In this document: positions 47,485 to 55,447 of the stretch, piece by piece
Layout: each line of letters opens with the position of its first letter
How positions within the stretch are numbered: position 1 is the stretch's first letter
IMG/VR virus record: IMGVR_UViG_3300046460_000097
Origin: a virus
Lineage: Duplodnaviria > Caudoviricetes
DNA: 64,000 nt
Direction: 5' to 3' (one strand)
Made by a program: the position numbers and the translations under genes
The notes under the pieces: model-generated
What the model was told of the DNA's origin: nothing
The model's database searches: none
The model's input: the letters and a program-made list of their open reading frames with translations, nothing else

Positions 47485-48562
47485 AGTAGAAAAGCTTTTG
47501 GCTGAACTGGAACAGATGGGCATCTTTGATGTCGACTTTCCAGAGCAGTTGGTAGGGAGTGTTGTGTTCGCAGTTAAGTCTGATGAGCGCACTCTTAGCC
47601 TTCGCCGTTTGGTGGGTAGTGTTGCATACCCTGAGATCACCTCGCGTCCTTGGTTCACTTACAAGGCCTCTAACCGGGAACAGATCTATCACACTCAGGG
47701 TCTTGAAGAAGACGTCCTTATTGACGCGCTCACGCGGTTCCGTGACAACATGGCCGTGCTGATCAACCGCTCTTTGAAGTGCCGGTTGCGTCTACCTACC
47801 GGTCACCCTGAGAACGATCTGTTCGTCCGTGATAAAGACGAGTGGATAAAGCTTCAGCGGAATCAGGAAGCAGAGCCTCTGACGGCTAATGTTGTATCAC
47901 CTGATGCTGAGCTGATGAAAACGTTTAACAAGCTCGTCGAGTTGGATGTCTTCAATCCAATGAACGGGTGTTTGCCAGTTGGTCAGTTTTACGTCCGGAT
48001 ATTCCCTGTTGCTCAGAAGCTGGAAGTTTACCACTTCCAAGACACCGCTTCGTTGTTGGCGAGCATCAAGCCAGACCTACAGATCTACTCCGACGCGAGT
48101 AAGTTCGGTATGGAAGAGCTGGAGAATGTCCTGAAGCACTTGTTAGAAAACCTTACCGCCCAGATTGAACCACGATCTTACAAAGAACTGCTTGCCGAGT
48201 TAGATGGTTTTGAAAGAAATAAAGTTGTTGGTAAGCACTACCAGCCTGAAGATAATGAACCGAGCCCATTCGGTCCGCCGGTCAAACTCGCTACCGACAA
48301 CCCGTGGGTGGTGTGGCGTCGTACTGCGCATCCTGAGTACCCTACCGACGGGCATGCTGCTCGGGACGCCTTGATTGCCTTGTTGATGAATGAACCAAGA
48401 CGACCAAAGATCGACTTGGAAACCGTTCCATTCAACTTCGAAACGGATACTCATAAGCTTTCACTGGGATGGGTTATCCATATGTTCTACAATTTCGGCA
48501 AGCCGTGGGAAGAAGTACACTGCATCGGCATTGCCCGCCTCGACCAACACAAACGTTACTAA
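47474..48562 (+). CDS. Hypothetical multi-domain protein with internal repeat
   Basis: 362 aa, AAGGAG RBS. Confidence 0.75.
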   Translation: MESEVEKLLAELEQMGIFDVDFPEQLVGSVVFAVKSDERTLSLRRLVGSVAYPEITSRPWFTYKASNREQIYHTQGLEEDVLIDALTRFRDNMAVLINRSLKCRLRLPTGHPENDLFVRDKDEWIKLQRNQEAEPLTANVVSPDAELMKTFNKLVELDVFNPMNGCLPVGQFYVRIFPVAQKLEVYHFQDTASLLASIKPDLQIYSDASKFGMEELENVLKHLLENLTAQIEPRSYKELLAELDGFERNKVVGKHYQPEDNEPSPFGPPVKLATDNPWVVWRRTAHPEYPTDGHAARDALIALLMNEPRRPKIDLETVPFNFETDTHKLSLGWVIHMFYNFGKPWEEVHCIGIARLDQHKRY

Positions 48563-48576
48563 CCTGGAGCAACACA

Positions 48577-49419
48577 ATGATCCTGAAGTCTCTTCCGAAA
48601 CATTCCGAAACCACTTACGGTGTTCACCCGGCCATTCTGGCCGAGATCGTTCGTGATAACGCGTTCACCCTGATGGCGCCGGATGTTATCCATCAGGCCA
48701 TGAAAGATCTGGATCAAGGTGTCATGGGTGCTGTGCGTTCCCTGATCGCCAAGTTCGACCTGCTACGCCAAGGTATCGCGTACGGCCTGACCTACCGCAT
48801 CGACTGGTCCAACCCAGTAGCCCCGCGTCTGATGTTCCTGGTCTACAAGCGCAACAAGAAGAACGCCAACAAAGAGCTGCAATCGGTTTTCTCTCTGGGC
48901 GCCGGTGGTCACATCGAAGGTCTCGACCTGTCGTACCACCAACTCGATCTGGGTGGTGGTGAGTTCGAGATGACTCAAGCAGTCGACATGTTCGAATCCA
49001 TGGAAGATTCTTTCGCTCGTGAATATGGCGAAGAAGTAATCCTGCTGGATCAGAACGGTAGCGACATTACTGATCTGGTTATCGACCCACTGTACAACGA
49101 CGGCTTCCCGAAAGTCGGTTTCGTGATGGACAGCAGCCCACTTCCAGGTTACGTCGGCACCATTCACTTCGGCGTGGTTTACGCTATTCATGCCGCTGAC
49201 GCCGTCGGCTTCGACATGAAAGAAGAAATGAACGACGCGGTGTGCTGGGCTTCTGCAGATCAGCTGCTGAGCGATCCAGTCTTCACCGGTGTAGTTGAGT
49301 TCGAGCCATGGTCGCAAATGATCCTCGATCAGATCTACGATCTGGAAAAGCACATCATCGAACACTTCGTCCTGGAAACTGTTGACAAGGCAGCCTCTGC
49401 CGAAGCGACCACTTTCTAA
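48577..49419 (+). CDS. Nudix-family phosphoesterase (COG4112-like)
   Basis: ATG 48577 with GGAG RBS; SLGAGGHIE, REYGEEV, VGTIHFGVVY, FEPWSQ motifs. Confidence 0.8.
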   Translation: MILKSLPKHSETTYGVHPAILAEIVRDNAFTLMAPDVIHQAMKDLDQGVMGAVRSLIAKFDLLRQGIAYGLTYRIDWSNPVAPRLMFLVYKRNKKNANKELQSVFSLGAGGHIEGLDLSYHQLDLGGGEFEMTQAVDMFESMEDSFAREYGEEVILLDQNGSDITDLVIDPLYNDGFPKVGFVMDSSPLPGYVGTIHFGVVYAIHAADAVGFDMKEEMNDAVCWASADQLLSDPVFTGVVEFEPWSQMILDQIYDLEKHIIEHFVLETVDKAASAEATTF

Positions 49420-49426
49420 CCCGGTC

Positions 49427-49452
49427 AGCCCTGCTCCTTCGGGGGCAGGGTT
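49427..49452 (+). terminator. Stem-loop terminator
   Basis: AGCCCTGCTCC-TTCG-GGGGCAGGGTT. Confidence 0.65.
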
Positions 49453-49486
49453 ATTACCGCTACATTTTTGTTAAAAGGATTTTCCT

Positions 49487-49858
49487 ATGAGCAGTAACCG
49501 TATTAAAGAACCAACCACAGAACTTACCGACCTGTACCACCAAACAACACGTGCTTTCAATGGTGGAGTGGATGGTGTGTTTGTCTGTGGGCAGTTGACT
49601 GTTGTTCTGGTTGAACGGAAACACTTCGCACCGGATATCTACGTATACAACTTCAAGCGTAGTCGTAAGCCGTTGATTGAACTGGGTAATGCTGGGCAAT
49701 CTCTGTTGTTCCGTCCCTACTCGAAAGAAGGGGTGAACGGTGACAGCTACCTCAATGAGGAAGATATCCTCAAAGAGATGCGGTTGATTCCTAAGCTGAT
49801 GAAAGAACGTGTTCGTAATCACATCATTCACGAGATGGCAGTTCATAGCGGGAACTAA
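49487..49858 (+). CDS. Hypothetical protein, member of local paralog family
   Basis: 123 aa, AAGGA RBS; CGQLTVVLV...IYVYNFKRSRKP. Confidence 0.75.
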   Translation: MSSNRIKEPTTELTDLYHQTTRAFNGGVDGVFVCGQLTVVLVERKHFAPDIYVYNFKRSRKPLIELGNAGQSLLFRPYSKEGVNGDSYLNEEDILKEMRLIPKLMKERVRNHIIHEMAVHSGN

Positions 49859-49887
49859 CTCTATGGGACAACCATGAGGCCCTTCTA

Positions 49888-50118
49888 ATGTCTATCGAAC
49901 TGGCGTCTAAAATTGAACAGCTGCAAATGCGACTGCACTCAGTTTGTAAAGAAAAGCAATGTCCAGTGCTCGCAGAAGAATTAAGCACCACGCTGGGATT
50001 AATCCCGGCGCTGTATGAAAAGATCCGTCACGGTGAACCCGGTCATGAAGCGTGGCTGAAGGATGCTATTGAAGCGCACTTCTTAAAGAAACCCATGCCT
50101 GATTACGTGGCGAAATAA
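49888..50118 (+). CDS. Hypothetical protein
   Basis: 76 aa, GAGG RBS. Confidence 0.7.
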   Translation: MSIELASKIEQLQMRLHSVCKEKQCPVLAEELSTTLGLIPALYEKIRHGEPGHEAWLKDAIEAHFLKKPMPDYVAK

Positions 50119-50128
50119 CGGAGCAGTT

Positions 50129-50851
50129 ATGAAGGGCAAATTTGTTGTTGTTGATGGTCTGGGTGGGGCTGGTAAGTCCACCGTCTTGGACAAGATCGAA
50201 GCCTTCTGTAAAGATGGCGGTTTGGACTACGTTCGTACTCGTGAACCGGGTGGCACGTTTGCAGCTGAATATCTGCGCAAGCTGTGCCGCGAAGGTATTC
50301 CGGGTGATCCTGATAAACTGGAACCTATCACTCAGGCGCTGTTGTTTAATGCAGCCCGCGCTGAGAACGTCCAGAAGGTCATCCTGCCTGCGTTGCGGGC
50401 TGGTAAGGTGGTTCTGTGCGATCGTTTCGCAGACACCACCTACGCGTTCCAGGGCGGTGCCTTAGGTGTAGATCTGGGTGTGTTGCAAGGTATCCATCAG
50501 TTGGCACATGGTATCAACCCGGATATGACCTTCTTGCTGGACGGTAAGCCAGAAGTCTTCCTGCAACGTATCTCTCCAGAAGAGATGGCGAGTGATCAGT
50601 TCGATAACTTAGAGCTGACCAAGCTGAAGAACGCACGGTCGATGTATCTGACCATGTCGACGACGTACCCTGAACAGTATCGAGTGATCGATGCTATGCA
50701 GTCGCAGGAACAAGTGTTCGCACAGATCCTGCCGTATCTGCAAGAGCTGAAGAATCTGATGCGCCAGCGACCTAGCACCAAAGGTGTACAAGTCATTCAA
50801 GATGCGTTTCCTGGGGGCTCGGTAAGTATCAAACATACATCCGAGGTTTAA
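50129..50851 (+). CDS. tmk: Thymidylate kinase
   Basis: FVVVDGLGGAGKST P-loop, TREPGGT, LFNAARA, LCDRFADTTYAFQG, PDMTFLLD. Confidence 0.95.
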   Translation: MKGKFVVVDGLGGAGKSTVLDKIEAFCKDGGLDYVRTREPGGTFAAEYLRKLCREGIPGDPDKLEPITQALLFNAARAENVQKVILPALRAGKVVLCDRFADTTYAFQGGALGVDLGVLQGIHQLAHGINPDMTFLLDGKPEVFLQRISPEEMASDQFDNLELTKLKNARSMYLTMSTTYPEQYRVIDAMQSQEQVFAQILPYLQELKNLMRQRPSTKGVQVIQDAFPGGSVSIKHTSEV

Positions 50852-50852
50852 A

Positions 50853-51038
50853 ATGTCTGCTGAAGACGAAATGATCGACAAGCTCCGTTTGGAGCAATAC
50901 GGAAAGGTCTATTCCACGACCCCTCCGGAACGTCCACCGTACAACCCTAACGGGCTTAAAGAGAACCCTGACTTCGTCAAGAACTCTGAGCCTGCTAAGC
51001 AGTACGAGTTCGGTATGCCGTTGTCCGTACGCAAGTAA
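50853..51038 (+). CDS. Small hypothetical protein
   Basis: 61 aa, GAGG RBS. Confidence 0.65.
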   Translation: MSAEDEMIDKLRLEQYGKVYSTTPPERPPYNPNGLKENPDFVKNSEPAKQYEFGMPLSVRK

Positions 51039-51046
51039 GGTGTGAT

Positions 51047-51658
51047 ATGAAACTCTACCATTACTCCAGTGCGCATTACGATCAGTTACAAAGCCGTCGT
51101 GTAACAGGGCTTCCGATGCTTCCGGGTATGCGGGTCTCTGACGATTACTTGGATCACATCTCAGTCTTCTTCGATCCCATTCCTTCTAAGCTCATGCCGG
51201 AGATCTTTTATAAAGGTCATCCGTTCTGGTTTAAAGGTCATGTGATTTATGAGCACGTGGTCGAGGTAGCTGATCTGGAAGATGAGTTCAACTTCCGCAT
51301 GGTAGAGAGTGATCGACGGACAGAGCTGTTGGATAAGTTCTCTGAAGAGCACAATTGGGAAGATGACGATCCCAAGATCTTGGCCAAGTGGAAGGTCGAG
51401 GAGCTCAAGATGCAGCGCAAGTATCACGAGATTGGTTTTGATAAAGCCAGCCTCATTGCGTTGATTAAGACCCTACCTCGTGACGTTACGAAGTATGGGT
51501 ACTTGAAGGCTAGATCCCGTGATGACTTTGACCTCGGTTACAACAAGTATGCTGCCAACGTTCCGCACCTCATGCTGTACGTGCGCACAGGTATCATACC
51601 GGTTAAGGAAGTGTTTGAGTTGACCATCGGTAGCGACCACCGCAAGAAAGTTGTGTGA
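51047..51658 (+). CDS. Hypothetical protein, possible ADP-ribosyltransferase fold
   Basis: 203 aa; LYHYS start, HISVF, IYEHVV, PHLMLY...GIIPV. Confidence 0.6.
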   Translation: MKLYHYSSAHYDQLQSRRVTGLPMLPGMRVSDDYLDHISVFFDPIPSKLMPEIFYKGHPFWFKGHVIYEHVVEVADLEDEFNFRMVESDRRTELLDKFSEEHNWEDDDPKILAKWKVEELKMQRKYHEIGFDKASLIALIKTLPRDVTKYGYLKARSRDDFDLGYNKYAANVPHLMLYVRTGIIPVKEVFELTIGSDHRKKVV

Positions 51659-51665
51659 GCCACAC

Positions 51666-51705
51666 TATAACCCCTCCTAGCCTTTGCGGGCTAGGAGGGG
51701 TTATA
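51666..51705 (+). terminator. Terminator (ATAACCCC family)
   Basis: TATAACCCCTCCTAGCC-loop-GGCTAGGAGGGGTTATA. Confidence 0.8.
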
Positions 51706-51768
51706 TTTAAGATACATTTGTTTTCAGGTCTATATTACCAGTACGATAAAGACAATCAATGTCTTTCA
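51705..51768 (+). promoter_or_regulatory. Early promoter cassette copy 2 (TATATTAC at 51731-51738 plus hairpin 51748-51766)
   Basis: 55/64 nt identical to 8337..8400. Confidence 0.85.
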
Positions 51769-51787
51769 CACTCTGGAGCAATACCTC

Positions 51788-52630
51788 ATGACTACTACTA
51801 CTTCTTTCATGGCTGACCGTTTCGCTAAACTGCTGTCCAACATCGCTTTCGAAATTCCATTCGACCCTGAGTGGAAAAACGGCACTGGTTACTTTGACCA
51901 TGCTGTTGATTGCTACGTACCTGAAGGTCGCGTAGTTAAATCGATCTGCCCTGACACTGAGCGTCGCATCGTTCTGGTGGGCACTGTTCTGGGTACCGTT
52001 GTGGTATTCGAACGTTACACGCCGAAGCCAGAAGCCAAGCAGGCATTCATCCTGACCTGGCACGCACCAAACGCGCTGAAAGGTTTCATTGGCGAGCCAG
52101 CACTGACTTCCGATGGTCTGGAAGGTATCGTGTGCACTTACTACCCGCAAGACAACATCAGCAAGCACGTTAACAAGCTGATCGACGCAGGTATCAAAGC
52201 ACGTGCTGTTCTGGCTGAGAAGGCTGCTGAAATGGTTGCAACGCAAGTTGAACCAGAAGTAGTGACCTCGGAAACTCGAGTTCTCACTGGCTTCGAAGCA
52301 GTTGTTGCGGCAGTCAAATCGGTTAACGGTTTGGTGCTCGACGATCACCGTGGTAACGGTGGTAAGCTGCAACTGTGCGGCGTGGCTACTCTGGACAAAG
52401 GGGATTCTTCTATCCCAGTTGCTCTGATCCACGACGACTACTTCTCGTTGAACGAAGTTTACCTGGACGATCAAGGTGTTGCTCACATCTCTACCCGTGC
52501 GGTAGGTGGCGTGATCCACACTCCAAAGCGTCTGAGCGTAACCTTGGCTGATGGTATTGCCAAGTACAACGACGAATCTCGCACTGCCAAATGGACGTGC
52601 GGTACCGTAGAGAACGTAACAACGTTCTAA
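51788..52630 (+). CDS. Hypothetical early protein (highly expressed codon usage)
   Basis: 280 aa, GGAG RBS; EWKNGTGYFD and GTVVVFERY motifs recalled from other phages. Confidence 0.8.
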   Translation: MTTTTSFMADRFAKLLSNIAFEIPFDPEWKNGTGYFDHAVDCYVPEGRVVKSICPDTERRIVLVGTVLGTVVVFERYTPKPEAKQAFILTWHAPNALKGFIGEPALTSDGLEGIVCTYYPQDNISKHVNKLIDAGIKARAVLAEKAAEMVATQVEPEVVTSETRVLTGFEAVVAAVKSVNGLVLDDHRGNGGKLQLCGVATLDKGDSSIPVALIHDDYFSLNEVYLDDQGVAHISTRAVGGVIHTPKRLSVTLADGIAKYNDESRTAKWTCGTVENVTTF

Positions 52631-52642
52631 TTACCTCAAGGT

Positions 52643-52676
52643 AAGGAGCAGGGGATTTCCTCTGCTCTTTATTTTT
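52643..52676 (+). terminator. Intrinsic terminator
   Basis: GAGCAGGGG-ATTT-CCTCTGCTC plus long T tract. Confidence 0.7.
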
Positions 52677-52716
52677 TGGGGAGTCTCGTTATCTCTTTAG
52701 GACCAAGGAGCTTCAA

Positions 52717-53187
52717 ATGAAAGTGTTCTTCTCTCTGGCGTTGATTTATCTGTTGGGTTCTTTCAGCAACGCCTTCGCTGATATTCCTGATGAGATCCCT
52801 GGTCATCATGAAGACGTGTTGTTGGATTGCAACACTACGGCGAACAAACGTGTACTCGTTATGCGTGATCCAAAGACCGATACCTTCACGATCCTTTACG
52901 GTAGTGATCTCGTGCGCCCAGAACGCACCACAGTTAGACAAGGTAATGACATGGGTACTTCGCGTACTCTGTCTACTACTGAGTCGACTGAGATCCGAGA
53001 GATCTACGTATCGGAGCCACCCGAGTTTGTAACCGTGGGTGTGGTGGATAAAGGTGGCGTTCTCTCTGCTTACTACAGTGTGCAGAAAGACATCACCAAG
53101 ATCGTTTCAGATAAGTGTGTTCCGGAGACGATTAAAAGCAAATTCGATTTCTCAGAGAACTTTCAATCTCTGACTGAAGTTGATTGA
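52717..53187 (+). CDS. Secreted/periplasmic protein
   Basis: 156 aa, AAGGAG RBS; Sec signal MKVFFSLALIYLLGSFSNAFA|D; two cysteines. Confidence 0.8.
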   Translation: MKVFFSLALIYLLGSFSNAFADIPDEIPGHHEDVLLDCNTTANKRVLVMRDPKTDTFTILYGSDLVRPERTTVRQGNDMGTSRTLSTTESTEIREIYVSEPPEFVTVGVVDKGGVLSAYYSVQKDITKIVSDKCVPETIKSKFDFSENFQSLTEVD

Positions 53188-53191
53188 CGCC

Positions 53192-53209
53192 GGGGAGGTT
53201 ATCCTCCCC
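53192..53209 (+). terminator. Intrinsic terminator
   Basis: GGGGAGG-TTAT-CCTCCCC followed by T-rich run. Confidence 0.55.
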
Positions 53210-53249
53210 TCTTCGTCTCCTTTATTTTTTTGTTTAAAGGAGCAAGTTT

Positions 53250-53987
53250 ATGATCAACCGTTTCCGTGCGGTAGACCGTAAGAATCTGGATACCTTTCAG
53301 GGGATCATTGAAGTAGCAGGTGGCTACGTCCCGTTGGACTTTATCTTCAAGATCTTCAACCACATGAAAAAGAATCCAGACGGGTATGATCATCATTGGT
53401 TGCTTAAAGCTCTCAGGACTGCACAGGACCTGTCGGATCTCCATAGCCTCCCAGAAGGCATGAGATCGATCATGTACGCCGTTACATTATTAATGGAGAC
53501 TGGTCGCACTTACGACGGACAACACCCCCACGACGCTTCTGGGGCCTTTGCAGTGGTGTTCCTGAACGAGCACGCGGATGCTTTCTTCACGGATGAGGAA
53601 ATCAAGTCTATCTTTAATTGCTGCCGACGAATGACCCTTACCAACATGCGTCCTTCAGTGGACACTCAAATCGCCGTCATAGCGCAGGAGGTGCGGTTAC
53701 TTGCTGATGTGTTTTATCCAGATCCAGCGAAGCTCGTTATCGACTTCGTTAAAAACAATTCTACGCCTAATCTGACACCTATGGGACCCGATCAGTGGTG
53801 CCAAGAGTTGGCAGAGCACTTTGCAGAAAAGTATGGTCGGAAGGGAACGGCTTGGAAAGCACTCCCGATCATGGTTCTCAACAACAAACAGGAGCAGCTC
53901 CGGAACTTCCAGATTATTGCCGATGACCGTGGAGCCATCGGTGATCTAGTGAAGAATAACTACAATCGAATATTCGCTAAAAGGTAA
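53250..53987 (+). CDS. HD-domain-like protein with degenerate metal site
   Basis: 245 aa; helix pattern H..W..AL..A..L...YAVTLLMETGR....HPH.ASG matches HD hydrolases but HD reads ME. Confidence 0.6.
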   Translation: MINRFRAVDRKNLDTFQGIIEVAGGYVPLDFIFKIFNHMKKNPDGYDHHWLLKALRTAQDLSDLHSLPEGMRSIMYAVTLLMETGRTYDGQHPHDASGAFAVVFLNEHADAFFTDEEIKSIFNCCRRMTLTNMRPSVDTQIAVIAQEVRLLADVFYPDPAKLVIDFVKNNSTPNLTPMGPDQWCQELAEHFAEKYGRKGTAWKALPIMVLNNKQEQLRNFQIIADDRGAIGDLVKNNYNRIFAKR

Positions 53988-53993
53988 ATCAAC

Positions 53994-54428
53994 ATGGTTG
54001 ATTTCATCATGAATCTGGCAGTGGGCGTTGTCTGGCTTACGATCGCTGGGTTGCTGATTATTCGGCGCAGGGAAAGGCGTGGGTTGCGTTATGGCATTAG
54101 CCTACTGGATGACGGTATGGAGTTCTGGTACCGTCTAGGTGTGTATGCTGGAACCGTCAGAATGATCCGTGATGTTAACGTTAAAGTTCCTCAGCTCGAT
54201 GGTCACGTGCTAGGATGGGAATGCAAGTTTCCTACATGTTTCACTAATAAGGAAATGTGCCAGTACATCTGTGTCAACGCACCGACTGCTGTGGATGAGA
54301 GTGCATTCCATCCGACAGACCTGATGATCTTTAATGAAGTCGTTAACCGGAACAACAACGGGCTCGTTAGTATCTACGGTCAGATCTTTATCTACGACAA
54401 TAGCGACTATAAGCCATTTGAAAAATGA
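53994..54428 (+). CDS. Membrane-anchored hypothetical protein
   Basis: 144 aa; N-terminal TM LAVGVVWLTIAGLLII followed by RRRERR. Confidence 0.7.
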   Translation: MVDFIMNLAVGVVWLTIAGLLIIRRRERRGLRYGISLLDDGMEFWYRLGVYAGTVRMIRDVNVKVPQLDGHVLGWECKFPTCFTNKEMCQYICVNAPTAVDESAFHPTDLMIFNEVVNRNNNGLVSIYGQIFIYDNSDYKPFEK

Positions 54429-54436
54429 GAAGACAT

Positions 54437-54479
54437 AATAAACCCCTACCCCATCCGTGAGGAGGGGTAGGGGTTTATT
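54437..54479. terminator. Bidirectional terminator
   Basis: AATAAACCCCTACCCC...GGGGTAGGGGTTTATT between convergent genes. Confidence 0.8.
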
Positions 54480-54501
54480 ACTTGTTTCAACGCTCGGGTT
54501 A

Positions 54502-55437
54502 TTAGCCCAAGTATTCCGTGTTGGCCACGGTTGCTTTCGAGTTGGTCATACGCTCGATGGTACCAGCGTCGCTCAGACTCTCCAGGATCGCGGTGCGCTC
54601 TTGGAAGCCAGGCGGTGCAGTGATAGCATCAGGGTTGTACAACGGCAACAGCGCGAGCATTTGACGGGCAATGGTCTTGACCGCCAGGGTGTCGAACTCA
54701 ACTACACCGGTGAATTCCATCTGGATTTGACGGATGGTGTTTTCTTCCGACTTGTTGCGCTTCAGCTCGATCGGCACGGTGTTAACCGGCTGACCACCAA
54801 CAACGATGGCGGCGTGAGACACGTCCTTCATGTTGCGGGTTGGCTCGAAGTAGATCGCCGAGTACGAAGTCTCGTCGAGCAACATGTCTCCCGGATCGTC
54901 GAGGATGACCATCTTGGCGTTCAGGATCTCAGGATCCATCAGGCCCCAACGCGACCAGATTTTGATCATGTTGGTGAAGGGCTCACCTTCCACGTCGTAA
55001 ACAGTGTGCGTTACCGCACCCAGGCTACGGGTAGCGCCGACCGGGATCGACATTTTGTGGCCGGTCCATTCCATCGCGCCGAAGTTAACTTCGGTGGAGT
55101 CACGGAGACCTTCGAACGACTGCGAACGGTTCTCGAAGAAAGCCTTGCAGAGCGAGTGAAGTTTATCGCCGCCTGGCAGACGCGAGAACATTGCAGGGGT
55201 GCTGAGAACGATGCACCAGGCTTGTTGCGAGACGTGTGGCTGAGCCGACATGTACTCGAAAACGTTGCCGGCCCAACCGTACATGCCGCCGTCGTCACCA
55301 TTGATGACGGGACGGTTTTCCTGGTCCATCGCAACAACGAACGGATCGCTGGCGCTGAGCAGGGTATTGTCAGTACGGTGAGGGTAGTTCGTGTTCGAAC
55401 CAGCGCTCGACTTGACTGGAACTGGGGTGGTAGCCAT
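54502..55437 (-). CDS. Tail tube protein (phiKZ gp30-like)
   Basis: 311 aa directly downstream of sheath; GGMYGWAG, P.G.TRS, W.R.GLMDP, EFTG motifs. Confidence 0.8.
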   Translation of the reverse strand: MATTPVPVKSSAGSNTNYPHRTDNTLLSASDPFVVAMDQENRPVINGDDGGMYGWAGNVFEYMSAQPHVSQQAWCIVLSTPAMFSRLPGGDKLHSLCKAFFENRSQSFEGLRDSTEVNFGAMEWTGHKMSIPVGATRSLGAVTHTVYDVEGEPFTNMIKIWSRWGLMDPEILNAKMVILDDPGDMLLDETSYSAIYFEPTRNMKDVSHAAIVVGGQPVNTVPIELKRNKSEENTIRQIQMEFTGVVEFDTLAVKTIARQMLALLPLYNPDAITAPPGFQERTAILESLSDAGTIERMTNSKATVANTEYLG

Positions 55438-55447
55438 TGACTGCTCC

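Noticed and set aside
10067-54479. Repeated palindromic elements as CRISPR or REP array
   Set aside because: Dispersed, single-copy at gene ends, no spacer periodicity; terminators
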